Positions 53,398-62,631 of a stretch of DNA of 64,000 nt are shown piece after piece (the first letter of the stretch is position 1; the number at the start of each line of letters is the position of its first letter). Below the pieces are notes generated by a model, which was not told the DNA's origin, made no database searches, and saw only the letters and a list, made by a program, of their open reading frames with translations. The stretch lies in the IMG/VR virus record IMGVR_UViG_3300032134_000001, one strand, 5' to 3'. Position numbers and translations under genes: made by a program. The stretch comes from an uncultured virus (IMG/VR IMGVR_UViG_3300032134_000001). Taxonomy: Duplodnaviria > Heunggongvirae > Uroviricota > Caudoviricetes.

Positions 53398-54387
53398 TCA
53401 TCCCTGGTCGAAGGAGGCAACGTCCACGTTGCCTGTAGTGCTGCCCCCGATGAGGAAGCTCTTGTTCACGGCGCTGCCGTTCTGGACGACGACGCGCATC
53501 TTGTTGTCCGATGTCCGCCGGATCTGCCGCAGGATGCCGACCCCGTTGGGGGGATTGACCCCGCCGGAGGACCCGAGGGTGGTCCGGGCGTGCTGGAACA
53601 CCACGGTCGGCATCGTGATCCGGGTGCCGCCTTCTGTCTGGTGTCTGGGGGCAAGCTGGCTTGCCTCGCTGGAGCGCCCCAGGATGCTCCAACGGGCAGG
53701 GAGGGCCGGGCGGAAGCAACCCATCACAGGGTCGAGACTTCCTAGACCGCTGTTGAAGAGGTCGCTTGCACCGGCCCAGAAGTTGCTGGAGATGATGTCG
53801 CGGCCCGAGGTCAACATGCCGAACACTCGGCCGGGTGTTCCTTCCCCGTCAGCGTCGGTCGGAGGGTCGATGAAGGCTCCTGCTACGCCGCCCCACCAGT
53901 CCTCAGGCGCTGCCTCGTTGAACCAGCAGGAGAAGACCTCGTCCGAGGCCAGGCAGAACAGGTTGTCGACGTCCGCGCCTCCCGTGATGATGCCACTGCA
54001 CCGCCAGAAGAGGCTCCAGCGCGTGGTGTAAGGATCAGCCGCGGTCAAGGGACCAGCGCCGATGATGCCGACGCTGCCGCCCTCGGGGGAGACACCCATC
54101 CACAGCTCGCCTGCGTTCACAGCAGCGCCGTCGTGAGGCTCCTGCCGCTGCGCCGCGTTGATCCCGAAGGCGATGATGATGCGGAAGTTGACGTAGTCGT
54201 CCGTCGTGGGCGAGTTGACGACCGGGCCAATCTCCACGAAGCCAGCGCCGCTGGAGATGACCCGCCAGGTGGTCGTGTCCCCTACGGACAGCGCCAGGGC
54301 GTCGAGGACATCCTGGGCCAGTGTTGGGTCTACGGGAGCCCGCGTCGCTGTCATGGCCCAGGTCAGAGTTGGTGCTGTGGATGCCAT
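53398..54387 (-). CDS. probable virion protein, paralog B
   Basis: Shares identical DNA blocks with paralog A. Confidence 0.75.
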   Translation of the reverse strand: MASTAPTLTWAMTATRAPVDPTLAQDVLDALALSVGDTTTWRVISSGAGFVEIGPVVNSPTTDDYVNFRIIIAFGINAAQRQEPHDGAAVNAGELWMGVSPEGGSVGIIGAGPLTAADPYTTRWSLFWRCSGIITGGADVDNLFCLASDEVFSCWFNEAAPEDWWGGVAGAFIDPPTDADGEGTPGRVFGMLTSGRDIISSNFWAGASDLFNSGLGSLDPVMGCFRPALPARWSILGRSSEASQLAPRHQTEGGTRITMPTVVFQHARTTLGSSGGVNPPNGVGILRQIRRTSDNKMRVVVQNGSAVNKSFLIGGSTTGNVDVASFDQG

Positions 54388-54566
54388 CAGGGTCCAGTGT
54401 CCGTTGCGCCTGTGATGTCGAAGACCTTGTCGATGTAGCCGGGCACCGTGGTGGGCTGACGCGAGCTTCGCTTGGAGTCAGCGCTGGCCTTCACAGCCTC
54501 TGCTGCGTTGCTGGTGCCCCCTGCGTGGGCTGCTCGGGCTGCTTCGGGGGAGGGGTAGGTCGCCAT
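54387..54566 (-). CDS. small protein (59 aa)
   Basis: Hand-translated MATYPSPEAA...; TGATG overlaps at both ends. Confidence 0.65.
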   Translation of the reverse strand: MATYPSPEAARAAHAGGTSNAAEAVKASADSKRSSRQPTTVPGYIDKVFDITGATDTGP

Positions 54567-55000
54567 CAGGTCACCGTTGCGTAGACTGCGAGGTAGATCC
54601 CAGTCCCGTTGAAGGCACCGTTGTTGCTTGTGAGGTCGAGCCTCATGATGCCCATGTCAAGGAGAGCCAGGTCAGCGCCGACAGCCGTGACCGGCACGTT
54701 GGTGACGACGCCTGAGCCGAGGGTGTTCATGTTGAAGGTGGCGGCAGAGAGCATCGTGTTGGTGGTGCCGAGGTTGGTCACCGTGAGCAGGTACGTCCCC
54801 TCGTTGTTCACGCTGCCCATGTAGCCCCGGATGCTGGAGAGGGTGACAGCGACAGGGAACCACAGCTCGTACCGGATGGTGTTGCCGCCCTGAGCTACAC
54901 CTTCCGGCCAGTCCATGTGCCTGTAGAAGGGAGCCCCGGAACTGCCGGGACTAGGTCCGGGGAAGGCGTAGCCGCTGTCCGAGTGCATTGCGAGAGGCAT
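54566..55000 (-). CDS. beta-rich probable virion protein
   Basis: Start at MPLAMHSD; Thr/Gly/Asn-rich and lacks Lys. Confidence 0.65.
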   Translation of the reverse strand: MPLAMHSDSGYAFPGPSPGSSGAPFYRHMDWPEGVAQGGNTIRYELWFPVAVTLSSIRGYMGSVNNEGTYLLTVTNLGTTNTMLSAATFNMNTLGSGVVTNVPVTAVGADLALLDMGIMRLDLTSNNGAFNGTGIYLAVYATVT

Positions 55001-55082
55001 CAACCCAGCCGAGAGAAGGAGATCAGAAGACCAGCATAACTTCCGCCCGGAAGCGACTTCCTCGGTGTGGCACTCTAAAGAT

Positions 55083-55117
55083 TGCCAGTTGACACTTACG
55101 GGTGGACTGACTAACTT
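55083..55117 (+). promoter_or_regulatory. promoter TTGACA-N17-TAACTT with operator TGCCA-GT-TGACA over the -35
   Basis: Consensus -35 and exact spacer upstream of the ParB-like gene. Confidence 0.75.
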
Positions 55118-55167
55118 CTCATCACCCCTGAGGATGAGGGGCCAGAAACAACCCGAGGGAGCCTCAC

Positions 55168-56022
55168 ATGGCACGAGAAGTCAAGTACATCGACCCCAAC
55201 CACCTCATCATCGTCGGCCTCGATGCTGATGAAGAGGGCAGCCCGCTGAACGATGAGCGGGCCCAGTGGGAAGTCGACGAGCCGATGGTCAAGAACATCA
55301 TGGTCTACGGCATCCAGCAGCCGGTCCTCGTTCGGTCGGAGGCGGGCAAGATGTACGTCGTCGACGGCCGGCAGCGGGTGAAGGCTGCTCGGGTCGCTGT
55401 TCAGCGGCAGGAGGGTGCAGGAGAGTTCTCCACCAAGGTGCCCTGCATCGAGGTCAAGGGGGACGACGGGCGCGTCAGCGGCATCATGGTCTCCACCAAC
55501 GAGATTCGGCAGGACGACGACGTGCTGACGAAGGCGGCGAAGGCTGCCCGGCTCCTGGACCTCGTGGGCGACAAGGAAGAGGTGGCCCTGGCCTTCGGTC
55601 GGTCCACCAAGACGCTCGACAACTGGACGAAGCTGCTGGCCGCTGACCCTGTGGTCCACACGGCCATCCGGGACGGCAAGATCAGCGCCGCTGTCGGCAT
55701 CAAGCTCGCAGGGAAGACCCGCCAGGAGCAGGTCGTCGCCCTGGACCAGATTCTCTCCGCCGGACCGGGCACCAGCAACCCGAAGCCGAAGGCGAAGCCC
55801 AGCTCTGCGGGCTCGTCCAGCTCCTCGAACGACGTCGACCGGACCCACCCCGGCATCAAGAAGGGCTGGCTGAGGAAGGCAGAGAAGACCGACGCCTACG
55901 CCAACCTCGAAGAAGACCAGCAGGCTGTCATCTCGTGGATTCTCACGGGTCACATCGGCAAGGACCACTGGCTCGACAAGTTCACCTGGAACGTCGACGA
56001 AGAACTCGACACGCACGAGTAG
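55168..56022 (+). CDS. ParB-like protein
   Basis: YGIQQPVLVR, VVDGRQRVKAA (GxxRxxA), HTH EEVALAFGRSTKTLDNW and GKISAA. Confidence 0.85.
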   Translation: MAREVKYIDPNHLIIVGLDADEEGSPLNDERAQWEVDEPMVKNIMVYGIQQPVLVRSEAGKMYVVDGRQRVKAARVAVQRQEGAGEFSTKVPCIEVKGDDGRVSGIMVSTNEIRQDDDVLTKAAKAARLLDLVGDKEEVALAFGRSTKTLDNWTKLLAADPVVHTAIRDGKISAAVGIKLAGKTRQEQVVALDQILSAGPGTSNPKPKAKPSSAGSSSSSNDVDRTHPGIKKGWLRKAEKTDAYANLEEDQQAVISWILTGHIGKDHWLDKFTWNVDEELDTHE

Positions 56023-56028
56023 GGGCCG

Positions 56029-56475
56029 ATGCGCGACCGAGACGAACACGTCTCTGAGGTGCGGGCGTGGGAAGAGGGAACCTGCCAGGAGTGTGGGTTC
56101 CTCTTCCCGCGCCGGAACCACTACGAGCAGCGCTGCCCGCTCTGCTTCAAGCTCCACAAGGGCTACAACGTCCTGTGGGGCGACCAGGCCTTCCTGTGGG
56201 CCCAGGACCGTCTCTTGGAGCTGCAAATGCAACTCAGGGACGCGAAGAAAGAGCTGGCAGCCGAGGCCAAGAAGGCCAAGACCGCCAAGGCGGCGCCCCC
56301 CGCAGACCCCGGACTGGCCGGGCTGAAGGGAGGTCTACTCAGGCAGGTGATCATCCTCTGCCACCCCGACAAACACGGCGACAGCGAGCGGGCCACGAAG
56401 GTCACACAGGAGCTTCTCCGGCTCCGCTCTGCTCCCCGCCGCGCCCCAAAGAAGAGGACTAGGAGGAAGCCATGA
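56029..56475 (+). CDS. zinc-finger plus minimal J-domain protein
   Basis: CQEC, CPLC; LCHPDKHG (HPD motif). Confidence 0.75.
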   Translation: MRDRDEHVSEVRAWEEGTCQECGFLFPRRNHYEQRCPLCFKLHKGYNVLWGDQAFLWAQDRLLELQMQLRDAKKELAAEAKKAKTAKAAPPADPGLAGLKGGLLRQVIILCHPDKHGDSERATKVTQELLRLRSAPRRAPKKRTRRKP

Positions 56476-57476
56476 AAGTTGGCATCATCAGCAACAAGAG
56501 CCACGCGAAATCCCACGCCGCAGCCCTTCGCAAGAAAGGCCACGACGTTGTGATGCTCGGGGGGAACCCCAAGCAAATCCCACCAACACTCGACGCACTG
56601 GTCTGCCGGCCTGCCTCCATCTCCCACGGAGGCTTCGACTCCGCGATGGCGGCCAAGAAGACAGGGATGACCGTCATCCTCGCCAACGGGGTGACGGAAG
56701 TCCTGACGGCCATCTACGAACTGGAACCACACGAGGAAGAGGACACCACCATGAACGAGATCAACAACTCCGCGGACGCCATGAGGGTCCTCAGCCGGCT
56801 CCTCGGCGTCTACGGCTCGCCACTGCACGAATCCAAGGCCGGTCCTGTCGTCGAGCAGCTGGCCCACGCGCGGGGGGAGAACGGCGCCCTGGGGCTCAAG
56901 CTCTGGCAGAAGGCCCTGAAGACCTGCAAGCGCGAGTCGGTTCGGAGCTGGGCCAAGGACCAGGGCGACAAGAAGGACCCCCGGGCGAAGTGGGTCTACA
57001 CCTACCCCCGGCGCGGCGGGGTGCGGAAGGTCTGCGTCTTCGTCACCGACGGCGACTCCCTGGGCATCATGCTGTCCCGGATGGAGATCGCAGCCACGGA
57101 GAAGAACGCCAAGAAGCTCAAGAAGAGCCGAAACCCCGGCGTGCGAAAGGCAGAGGCACCGGGCAAGAGCGCGGAGGCGGGGCTCCCGGTCAAGCCGTCC
57201 AAGGTGGGTGGTCTCCCCACGCCAGCGAGCAACGCAGAGCTGTCTCCGCCGAAGAAGTCGCTTCCTGTGCCGCCCCCGCCGGCTACTCCTGCCCCCGCTG
57301 TCCAGGCCAACGGAGCCTGGGATACGCAGCTCAAATCAGCCATCAGCCTCGTGCTGGCGGAGATGAAGGTGACCAACGTCAAGGTGGTCAACATCGGCGC
57401 GGACGGGTCTGTGGCTTGGCAGCGGGTCGAGGTCACCGAGGGCTCCATGCAGCTTCAGCCCGACGGGTCGGAGTAG
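56472..57476 (+). CDS. hypothetical protein
   Basis: Coupled ORF; Pro/Lys-rich linker. Confidence 0.75.
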   Translation: MKVGIISNKSHAKSHAAALRKKGHDVVMLGGNPKQIPPTLDALVCRPASISHGGFDSAMAAKKTGMTVILANGVTEVLTAIYELEPHEEEDTTMNEINNSADAMRVLSRLLGVYGSPLHESKAGPVVEQLAHARGENGALGLKLWQKALKTCKRESVRSWAKDQGDKKDPRAKWVYTYPRRGGVRKVCVFVTDGDSLGIMLSRMEIAATEKNAKKLKKSRNPGVRKAEAPGKSAEAGLPVKPSKVGGLPTPASNAELSPPKKSLPVPPPPATPAPAVQANGAWDTQLKSAISLVLAEMKVTNVKVVNIGADGSVAWQRVEVTEGSMQLQPDGSE

Positions 57477-58010
57477 ATGCCCTGGGGAGGACCCGTCAGC
57501 ATGTCTGAGACTGTTCGAGCATCGTCTGGTGCCATGTGGACCAGCCTCTACCTCTCCGCCGGCACCGAGCTGGCGGGGAGGAGCTTCCCCATGTTCGACG
57601 TAGCGCAGGGCAAGGTCGCTCAGTGTGGGAGGACGTTCGGTCTCACCGACACCAACATGCGGGAGGCAGGGCGGACTCAGAGCGGGGTGGCCTACAACTG
57701 CACCCATGCGAGTTGGCTTGTTCGAGAGGCTGCGGGCCCGTCTTCACTGGACCAGCTTGCCCAGGCCTACGGACGCTCGATGGTTGATCTCATCCAAGAG
57801 CACGGCACCCTGTCTTGGGACTTCACGCAAGTGCGCATCGACATCGCGCCGCTGTGGCTGGACTCCATCCCACAGCTCGTGACCATTCCTGGCAGCCAGA
57901 CCTTCCGCATCATCCTGGCCTTCGGGAAGGGTGCGCCGAAGCTGGACTTGGACCATGTGGTGCGCCTCACGCTCCAGGGTCAGTTCAAGCACAGCATCGA
58001 CTTCGGCTGA
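57477..58010 (+). CDS. beta-rich protein, paralog of 59016-59630 (possibly capsid-derived)
   Basis: F..AQG...TDTNMREAG, LSWDFTQ and IAPL shared with the paralog. Confidence 0.6.
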   Translation: MPWGGPVSMSETVRASSGAMWTSLYLSAGTELAGRSFPMFDVAQGKVAQCGRTFGLTDTNMREAGRTQSGVAYNCTHASWLVREAAGPSSLDQLAQAYGRSMVDLIQEHGTLSWDFTQVRIDIAPLWLDSIPQLVTIPGSQTFRIILAFGKGAPKLDLDHVVRLTLQGQFKHSIDFG

Positions 58011-58249
58011 TGCCTGCGAACCCGCCACCGCGCATCCACCTCCGGCGGGGCGAGAAGCCAGAGCCAGGCTGGGCTTGGTGTGGACAGCAGCTCATCTACG
58101 TCCAGGGTCGGTGGAGGGACGCGGACAAGGTCGCTGGCGTGACGTGCCTTCAGTGTCTCCGGCGGCTCGGTGCCTACCACCGGGACATGATGATCTGGGC
58201 CGGGGGCCTGGAGGCGCATGAGAGGGCTCGGCGCGGTCCTGTCAAGTAG
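58010..58249 (+). CDS. small Cys-rich protein
   Basis: H...WCG...VTCLQC. Confidence 0.6.
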   Translation: MPANPPPRIHLRRGEKPEPGWAWCGQQLIYVQGRWRDADKVAGVTCLQCLRRLGAYHRDMMIWAGGLEAHERARRGPVK

Positions 58250-58283
58250 GGGGACAGAAGGTGTCCGATGCGGCTTGGAGTGC

Positions 58284-58297
58284 GTGCCGACTGGCAC
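58284..58297. promoter_or_regulatory. operator copy GTGCCG-AC-TGGCAC
   Basis: Intergenic, upstream of the exonuclease. Confidence 0.65.
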
Positions 58298-58338
58298 TGA
58301 ACCGGCTACTCCTCCTACAAGGATGAGGAGGCCGTGGG

Positions 58339-59019
58339 ATGACGCAACCGAAGGTTCTGGCCTACGACTTGGAGTTCGCTCGCCCGCTCCCAGGGAACGA
58401 CTGGAGGCGGCAGACAGAGTGCGGCATCGGCGTGCTCGCGAGCTGGTCGAACCAAGAGGTAGAGCCCCGCGTCTGGCTGCCTGAGGAGGGCGAGCACGTC
58501 CTCCGGGACTTCTGCGTCCATGCCCTCGACCACGATGTCTTTCTGTCCTGGAACGGGCTCGGCTGTGACGACCCGATGATCTACGCGCAGTTCCCGCTCT
58601 GGCAGGAGGTCCTGAAAGAAGGCAAGCGCGTGGACCTCGGGGCCATCATTGGGCTCTACGCACTCTCTGCGAAGAAGAAGCTCGACCTCGACTACTTGAC
58701 CGAGGTGCTCACCCGCGGCGTGCCGAACAACTACCCCGAGCTGGTCGGCTACAAGCCGGGGGCGAAGGTGAACGTGCGAAGCGGCTGGAACCTCAACGTG
58801 ACTCACTGCGAGACCTTCGAGCGTGGCGGGAAGTCCATGCCCGGTGAGCAGGCCCCGATCAAGTGGCAGGCAGGTCAGCGGGGCGAGGTCATCGGCTACT
58901 GCGTCGGGGACGTGCGACGGCTCCTGGACCTCTGGCAGCACGCTTGGACCGGGAACCCGCTGGTGGGCAAGGCTGGCCTCCCTACCTGTGTGCCGCAAGC
59001 TGCTCTGGGTGCTCCTTGA
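58339..59019 (+). CDS. DnaQ/RNase H-like 3'-5' exonuclease
   Basis: YDLE, SWNGLGCD and YCVGDV (DEDDy). Confidence 0.8.
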   Translation: MTQPKVLAYDLEFARPLPGNDWRRQTECGIGVLASWSNQEVEPRVWLPEEGEHVLRDFCVHALDHDVFLSWNGLGCDDPMIYAQFPLWQEVLKEGKRVDLGAIIGLYALSAKKKLDLDYLTEVLTRGVPNNYPELVGYKPGAKVNVRSGWNLNVTHCETFERGGKSMPGEQAPIKWQAGQRGEVIGYCVGDVRRLLDLWQHAWTGNPLVGKAGLPTCVPQAALGAP

Positions 59020-59630
59020 CGCCCTGGTGGGAGGTCAGCGGTCGACCGGTCACGTTCTGGAGCACCTATCGCTTCGAGCAAGGCGACCAGGCTAACGACA
59101 CCCAAGTTCGGCTCTTCGTGACTCCGTTGGGCCAGTGGGGCCAGGGCTTCCGCAGCGGCTGCCTGGGCTCGGCTGAGACGAATCTCAGGGAAGGCGGTAG
59201 TACCGGTCTGTCCCGTCCTGTGGTCTTCCACCGGCTCTTCTGGACTCCTGCCTGGGATGGCGACGAGGACCTCACTCCGATGGAGCAGTTGGCCCTGACT
59301 GCCTACGACACACCCGACCAGCGCTACAACCGCTTCTGGCACCACGCGGCCTTGAGTTGGGACACGACGCAGATGAACTTCCCTCTGGCGCCGGTGCTGG
59401 CCGCGGAGACTCCACTCCTGCTCGTGGCAGAGCCGCGGGATCGCTTCTCTGTGACGTTGTCGCTTGGTTCCCGGGCGCCGGCGGTGCCCAACGGCTGTCG
59501 GCTGCGAGCGGTACTGATGGGTGTGGCCGTAGAGCCCTCGCATGTCGAGGAGACCCTGGCCGACTTCGGTGCTCTCTACCGCAAGGGTCAGCATCCCATC
59601 CCCACGCACCCCTTGGCGGTGACGACATGA
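59016..59630 (+). CDS. beta-rich protein, paralog of 57477-58010, with TPMEQLA insert
   Basis: TTG start overlapping the upstream stop; LFVTPLGQWGQGF...AETNLREGG. Confidence 0.65.
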   Translation: MTPWWEVSGRPVTFWSTYRFEQGDQANDTQVRLFVTPLGQWGQGFRSGCLGSAETNLREGGSTGLSRPVVFHRLFWTPAWDGDEDLTPMEQLALTAYDTPDQRYNRFWHHAALSWDTTQMNFPLAPVLAAETPLLLVAEPRDRFSVTLSLGSRAPAVPNGCRLRAVLMGVAVEPSHVEETLADFGALYRKGQHPIPTHPLAVTT

Positions 59631-59851
59631 GCTGCCCCTGCTGCCGTGGGGCTCAGCCCTGCTCTCAGTTGCCGGGTTGGACCTGGTACGAGTGGCCCAA
59701 CTCCATCGGCGGTGACAACCGCTTCCTCCAGCACGAGAGCGGTGTGGTCGCTCACAGCCTGTTCGAGGCCCGCGAGAAGGACGTGTCCCTTCGGGCCCAG
59801 GACCCCATGTTCTACGGCCTCCTCAAGCGAAAGGAGGCACCCCGTGGATGA
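59627..59851 (+). CDS. small hypothetical protein
   Basis: ATGA overlap. Confidence 0.6.
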   Translation: MSCPCCRGAQPCSQLPGWTWYEWPNSIGGDNRFLQHESGVVAHSLFEAREKDVSLRAQDPMFYGLLKRKEAPRG

Positions 59852-60734
59852 GGACTCTTGGCCCCTGGTCGACGACCCTCGCATCATGTTCACCGGGCCC
59901 AGCCCGCGAGGCTGGCATCGGCTCCAGAAGGCCGCTGAGTGCCTGCAGCAGTACGCTTGGGCCTACGAGAACGGGCCGCGCGAGGACATCTCCAAGAAGC
60001 CGCCCCTGGCCATCGGCTCTCTCCTCCACTTGGCGCTGGCTCAGTGGTATTCCCGCATGAAGCAGGAGCAGGAGGGGAAGAACCCCAACGAGTACATGGA
60101 CCCCATCGAGGCTGTGCGCTTCATCGCTGACCTCCAGGGCATCTCCAAGCACGTCCCCAACGTGGCTCAGACCTTTCGGGCCTACGAGCAGCGCTACTGG
60201 CAGGACATCAACACCCGTCGGATCGTCGCGGTCGAGGTCCTGTACGACGGCACGGTCGGGAAGTACCGGCTGACCGGGCGGCTTGACCTGATGTACGAGG
60301 ACCTCGCGGGCTTCCTCTGGGCGGAGGACCACAAGACTACGGGCCGGCTCACGAAGAAGCACAAGGAGTTCTTCGCGATCTCCGGGCAGATGCTCGGCTA
60401 CGAGCACATCGTCCGGCAGAAGAACCCCAGGCTGGCTGGCTTCAAGATCAACCTCATCCAGCACGCGGGGAGCCAGGACCCGAAGTTCGAGCGCATCACC
60501 CTCCCGGCGCGGCCAGCACTCTCCAAGCAGTTCGTCGCCCGCGCCATCGACATCGAGGAGTCCATCGAGCGGGTCAAGGCTGAGGGCCGCCCCGTGGATG
60601 AGTGGCCCAAGGCCATGTCCGAGCTGACTTGCTACCACCGCTACGGCCCCTGCGACTACATCGACAAGTGCAGGTTCGGTCCCAACGCCAAGAAGGGTGG
60701 GGCCTGGGTCTTTGACGAGGACGACTGGGGATGA
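59844..60734 (+). CDS. PD-(D/E)xK (RecB/Cas4-like) exonuclease
   Basis: GSLLH, TGRLDL, EDHKT, QMLGY; one N-terminal and three C-terminal Cys. Confidence 0.85.
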   Translation: MDEDSWPLVDDPRIMFTGPSPRGWHRLQKAAECLQQYAWAYENGPREDISKKPPLAIGSLLHLALAQWYSRMKQEQEGKNPNEYMDPIEAVRFIADLQGISKHVPNVAQTFRAYEQRYWQDINTRRIVAVEVLYDGTVGKYRLTGRLDLMYEDLAGFLWAEDHKTTGRLTKKHKEFFAISGQMLGYEHIVRQKNPRLAGFKINLIQHAGSQDPKFERITLPARPALSKQFVARAIDIEESIERVKAEGRPVDEWPKAMSELTCYHRYGPCDYIDKCRFGPNAKKGGAWVFDEDDWG

Positions 60735-61087
60735 GCACTGACTTTGGCGCTGAGAAGAAGCCCGCTCGTGAACGGCTGCTGGACCTGCTCTGGGACAAGC
60801 AGTGGCACACCTGGGCGGAGTGCCGCGGTGAGGGCGGGATGCGCTACTCCGCGAGGATGCTGGAGCTGAGGCGCCTGGGCTGGGTCATCGAGTCTCGCGG
60901 TGCGGACACCGAGGGCAAGGACTACCGGCTGACTGGCATGGGGCCGCCGCAGGACAAGAAGGTGCGCGTGTTCTTCGAGGAGGCGGAGGTCCAGTACTTG
61001 CTCGCCATGCCGGGACTGACGCTCCTCACCCGAGACACCCTCACCAAGGCCTACGGGTCGTTCAAGGCCAACAAGGGCAAGCTGTGA
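60731..61087 (+). CDS. winged-HTH protein
   Basis: RYSARMLELRRLGWVIES...DYRL. Confidence 0.75.
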   Translation: MSTDFGAEKKPARERLLDLLWDKQWHTWAECRGEGGMRYSARMLELRRLGWVIESRGADTEGKDYRLTGMGPPQDKKVRVFFEEAEVQYLLAMPGLTLLTRDTLTKAYGSFKANKGKL

Positions 61088-61169
61088 CGCCCTGGATCGA
61101 GCTGGTCGGAGGTGCGGTTGCCCTCTTCTTTGTTCTCGGCCTGATGGTCCTTTTCGGGGACTGGCCCCG

Positions 61170-61523
61170 GTGAGGCGGCAGCAGATGTTCCACCGCTGGC
61201 TCGCGAGGCACCCTGACTGGGGCCCACCTGGTCGCCTCATGCGCCTGTGCAAGGAGCTGAACGTCGACCTCTTCGACCTGGGGGAGCCCGGGAAGCGACT
61301 GCCGACGTACAACGACTACTGCGACGCTGTCTTGGGCCCGTTGGAGGCGGCATGGCTGGAGATCGAGGTGGTGTGTGGTACGGGTGGGGAGGAGCAGCTT
61401 GTACAAGACGCGGGGAAGGCCGCCGCGCGGACACTGATTCCTGTAGACGAGGCTCAGCAGCTCCTGAAGAGCGCCTGGTCCTCGTGGAGGCTCGACCTCC
61501 AGAAGCCAAACACGGAGTGGTGA
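61170..61523 (+). CDS. hypothetical protein
   Basis: ORF track. Confidence 0.65.
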   Translation: MRRQQMFHRWLARHPDWGPPGRLMRLCKELNVDLFDLGEPGKRLPTYNDYCDAVLGPLEAAWLEIEVVCGTGGEEQLVQDAGKAAARTLIPVDEAQQLLKSAWSSWRLDLQKPNTEW

Positions 61524-61524
61524 C

Positions 61525-61770
61525 ATGGCAGACGTGACCGAGAGCAACCGGGTCTTCGACGACCAGTGGGAGCCCGTCTTGGGCCTCCTGGCCATCATCC
61601 ACCGCGACGGCGGGCACTACACCGGGGAGCACGGGATTGAGAAGGCCTGTGAGGATGCGGTCGAGGTCGTGGGCCTTCTCCGTGAACGCCTCGATCGGGC
61701 AGAGTACGACCTGGCTGAGTCCAGGAAGCAGATTCCTCCTCCGCTCATGTTGGTCCCGGAGGATACTTGA
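61525..61770 (+). CDS. small phage protein
   Basis: LLAIIHRDGGHY. Confidence 0.7.
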   Translation: MADVTESNRVFDDQWEPVLGLLAIIHRDGGHYTGEHGIEKACEDAVEVVGLLRERLDRAEYDLAESRKQIPPPLMLVPEDT

Positions 61771-62105
61771 GGGTGATGGAAGACGACGACGGACCACTCA
61801 CGCTCGACGAGCAGATGAAGATCGTGCGGGACCTTCTCACGGGAGGCGACCTGCTGTTCTTGGCTGTGGATCGAGAGGACGGGCAGGTGGTCGTTGTGGT
61901 GAACCCGCTCTTCACCAACCCCTGTGAGTTCGGCATCGTGCTGGCCGACATGGTTGAGCACGTCGCCAATGCCTATGCCACGGCGGGATTCGACCCGGTT
62001 CGGGTTCGGCAGTCGATTCTCGGCACGCTGGGCGACGAGCTGGACTTCCCGACCGGCACACCCAGCTCTGTGAAGGAGGCCCGCGATGCTATCCCCCAAG
62101 GCTGA
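61767..62105 (+). CDS. hypothetical protein
   Basis: FGIVLADMVEHVANAY. Confidence 0.7.
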   Translation: MRVMEDDDGPLTLDEQMKIVRDLLTGGDLLFLAVDREDGQVVVVVNPLFTNPCEFGIVLADMVEHVANAYATAGFDPVRVRQSILGTLGDELDFPTGTPSSVKEARDAIPQG

Positions 62106-62610
62106 TGCTGCCCACGAGGCCAAGTGCGAGCGGTGTGGGGTCGGCTGCCATGCTGCCGTCCCTCTGGCGGATGGCCGCATGGTGGTGGTCGAGGACCTGC
62201 ACTGCAAGTTCTACGGCACCGCCCCTGACGGCAAGCCTGGCTGCACCGTCTACGAGGACCGCTTCGAGAAGGCGCCGTGGTGCCTCCACATCCCTACCGC
62301 CCGGTACATGGGGGCGCTCCGCGTCGGCTGCCCCTACTCCACTTCTGACTCCCCGGGGAAGACCCGAGTGGGTCCCGAGGAGTACGACCGGCTCTGGCCG
62401 CAGCTTGTTGCCGCTATTCTGGAAAACCCGGTCGTGAACCTCAGCTTTAGCTGGAAGAAGTTCCTTCAGGCAGCGAGCAAGAGGGAGCCAGATCAGGTCT
62501 GGGGTCTCTCCACCAACGTGACCGAGACGACAGGGCGGATCACGCGGAAGAAGACAGCCTGGGCTCGGTTCAAGGACAGCTTGCCGGGAGACTCACAGCT
62601 GCATAAGTGA
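62086..62610 (+). CDS. YkgJ/YcgN-like cysteine-cluster protein
   Basis: CERCGVGCH, CKFY, CTVYEDR and CPY. Confidence 0.7.
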   Translation: MLSPKADAAHEAKCERCGVGCHAAVPLADGRMVVVEDLHCKFYGTAPDGKPGCTVYEDRFEKAPWCLHIPTARYMGALRVGCPYSTSDSPGKTRVGPEEYDRLWPQLVAAILENPVVNLSFSWKKFLQAASKREPDQVWGLSTNVTETTGRITRKKTAWARFKDSLPGDSQLHK

Positions 62611-62631
62611 CGGCTGGCAAAGGAGCCTCCC

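Noticed and set aside
52426..54387. Diversity-generating retroelement TR/VR pair
   Set aside because: Differences between the copies are not adenine-specific, both copies are full genes, and no reverse transcriptase is visible.
23706..60638. Long counter-strand ORFs (e.g. 23706-25166, 32107-33816, 35201-37102, 47059-48819, 29803-31074)
   Set aside because: Shadow frames opposite genes that have recognisable motifs or coupling.
59844..60734. CRISPR-Cas locus suggested by the Cas4-like nuclease
   Set aside because: No repeat-spacer array or other cas genes; solo PD-(D/E)xK nucleases are common in phages.
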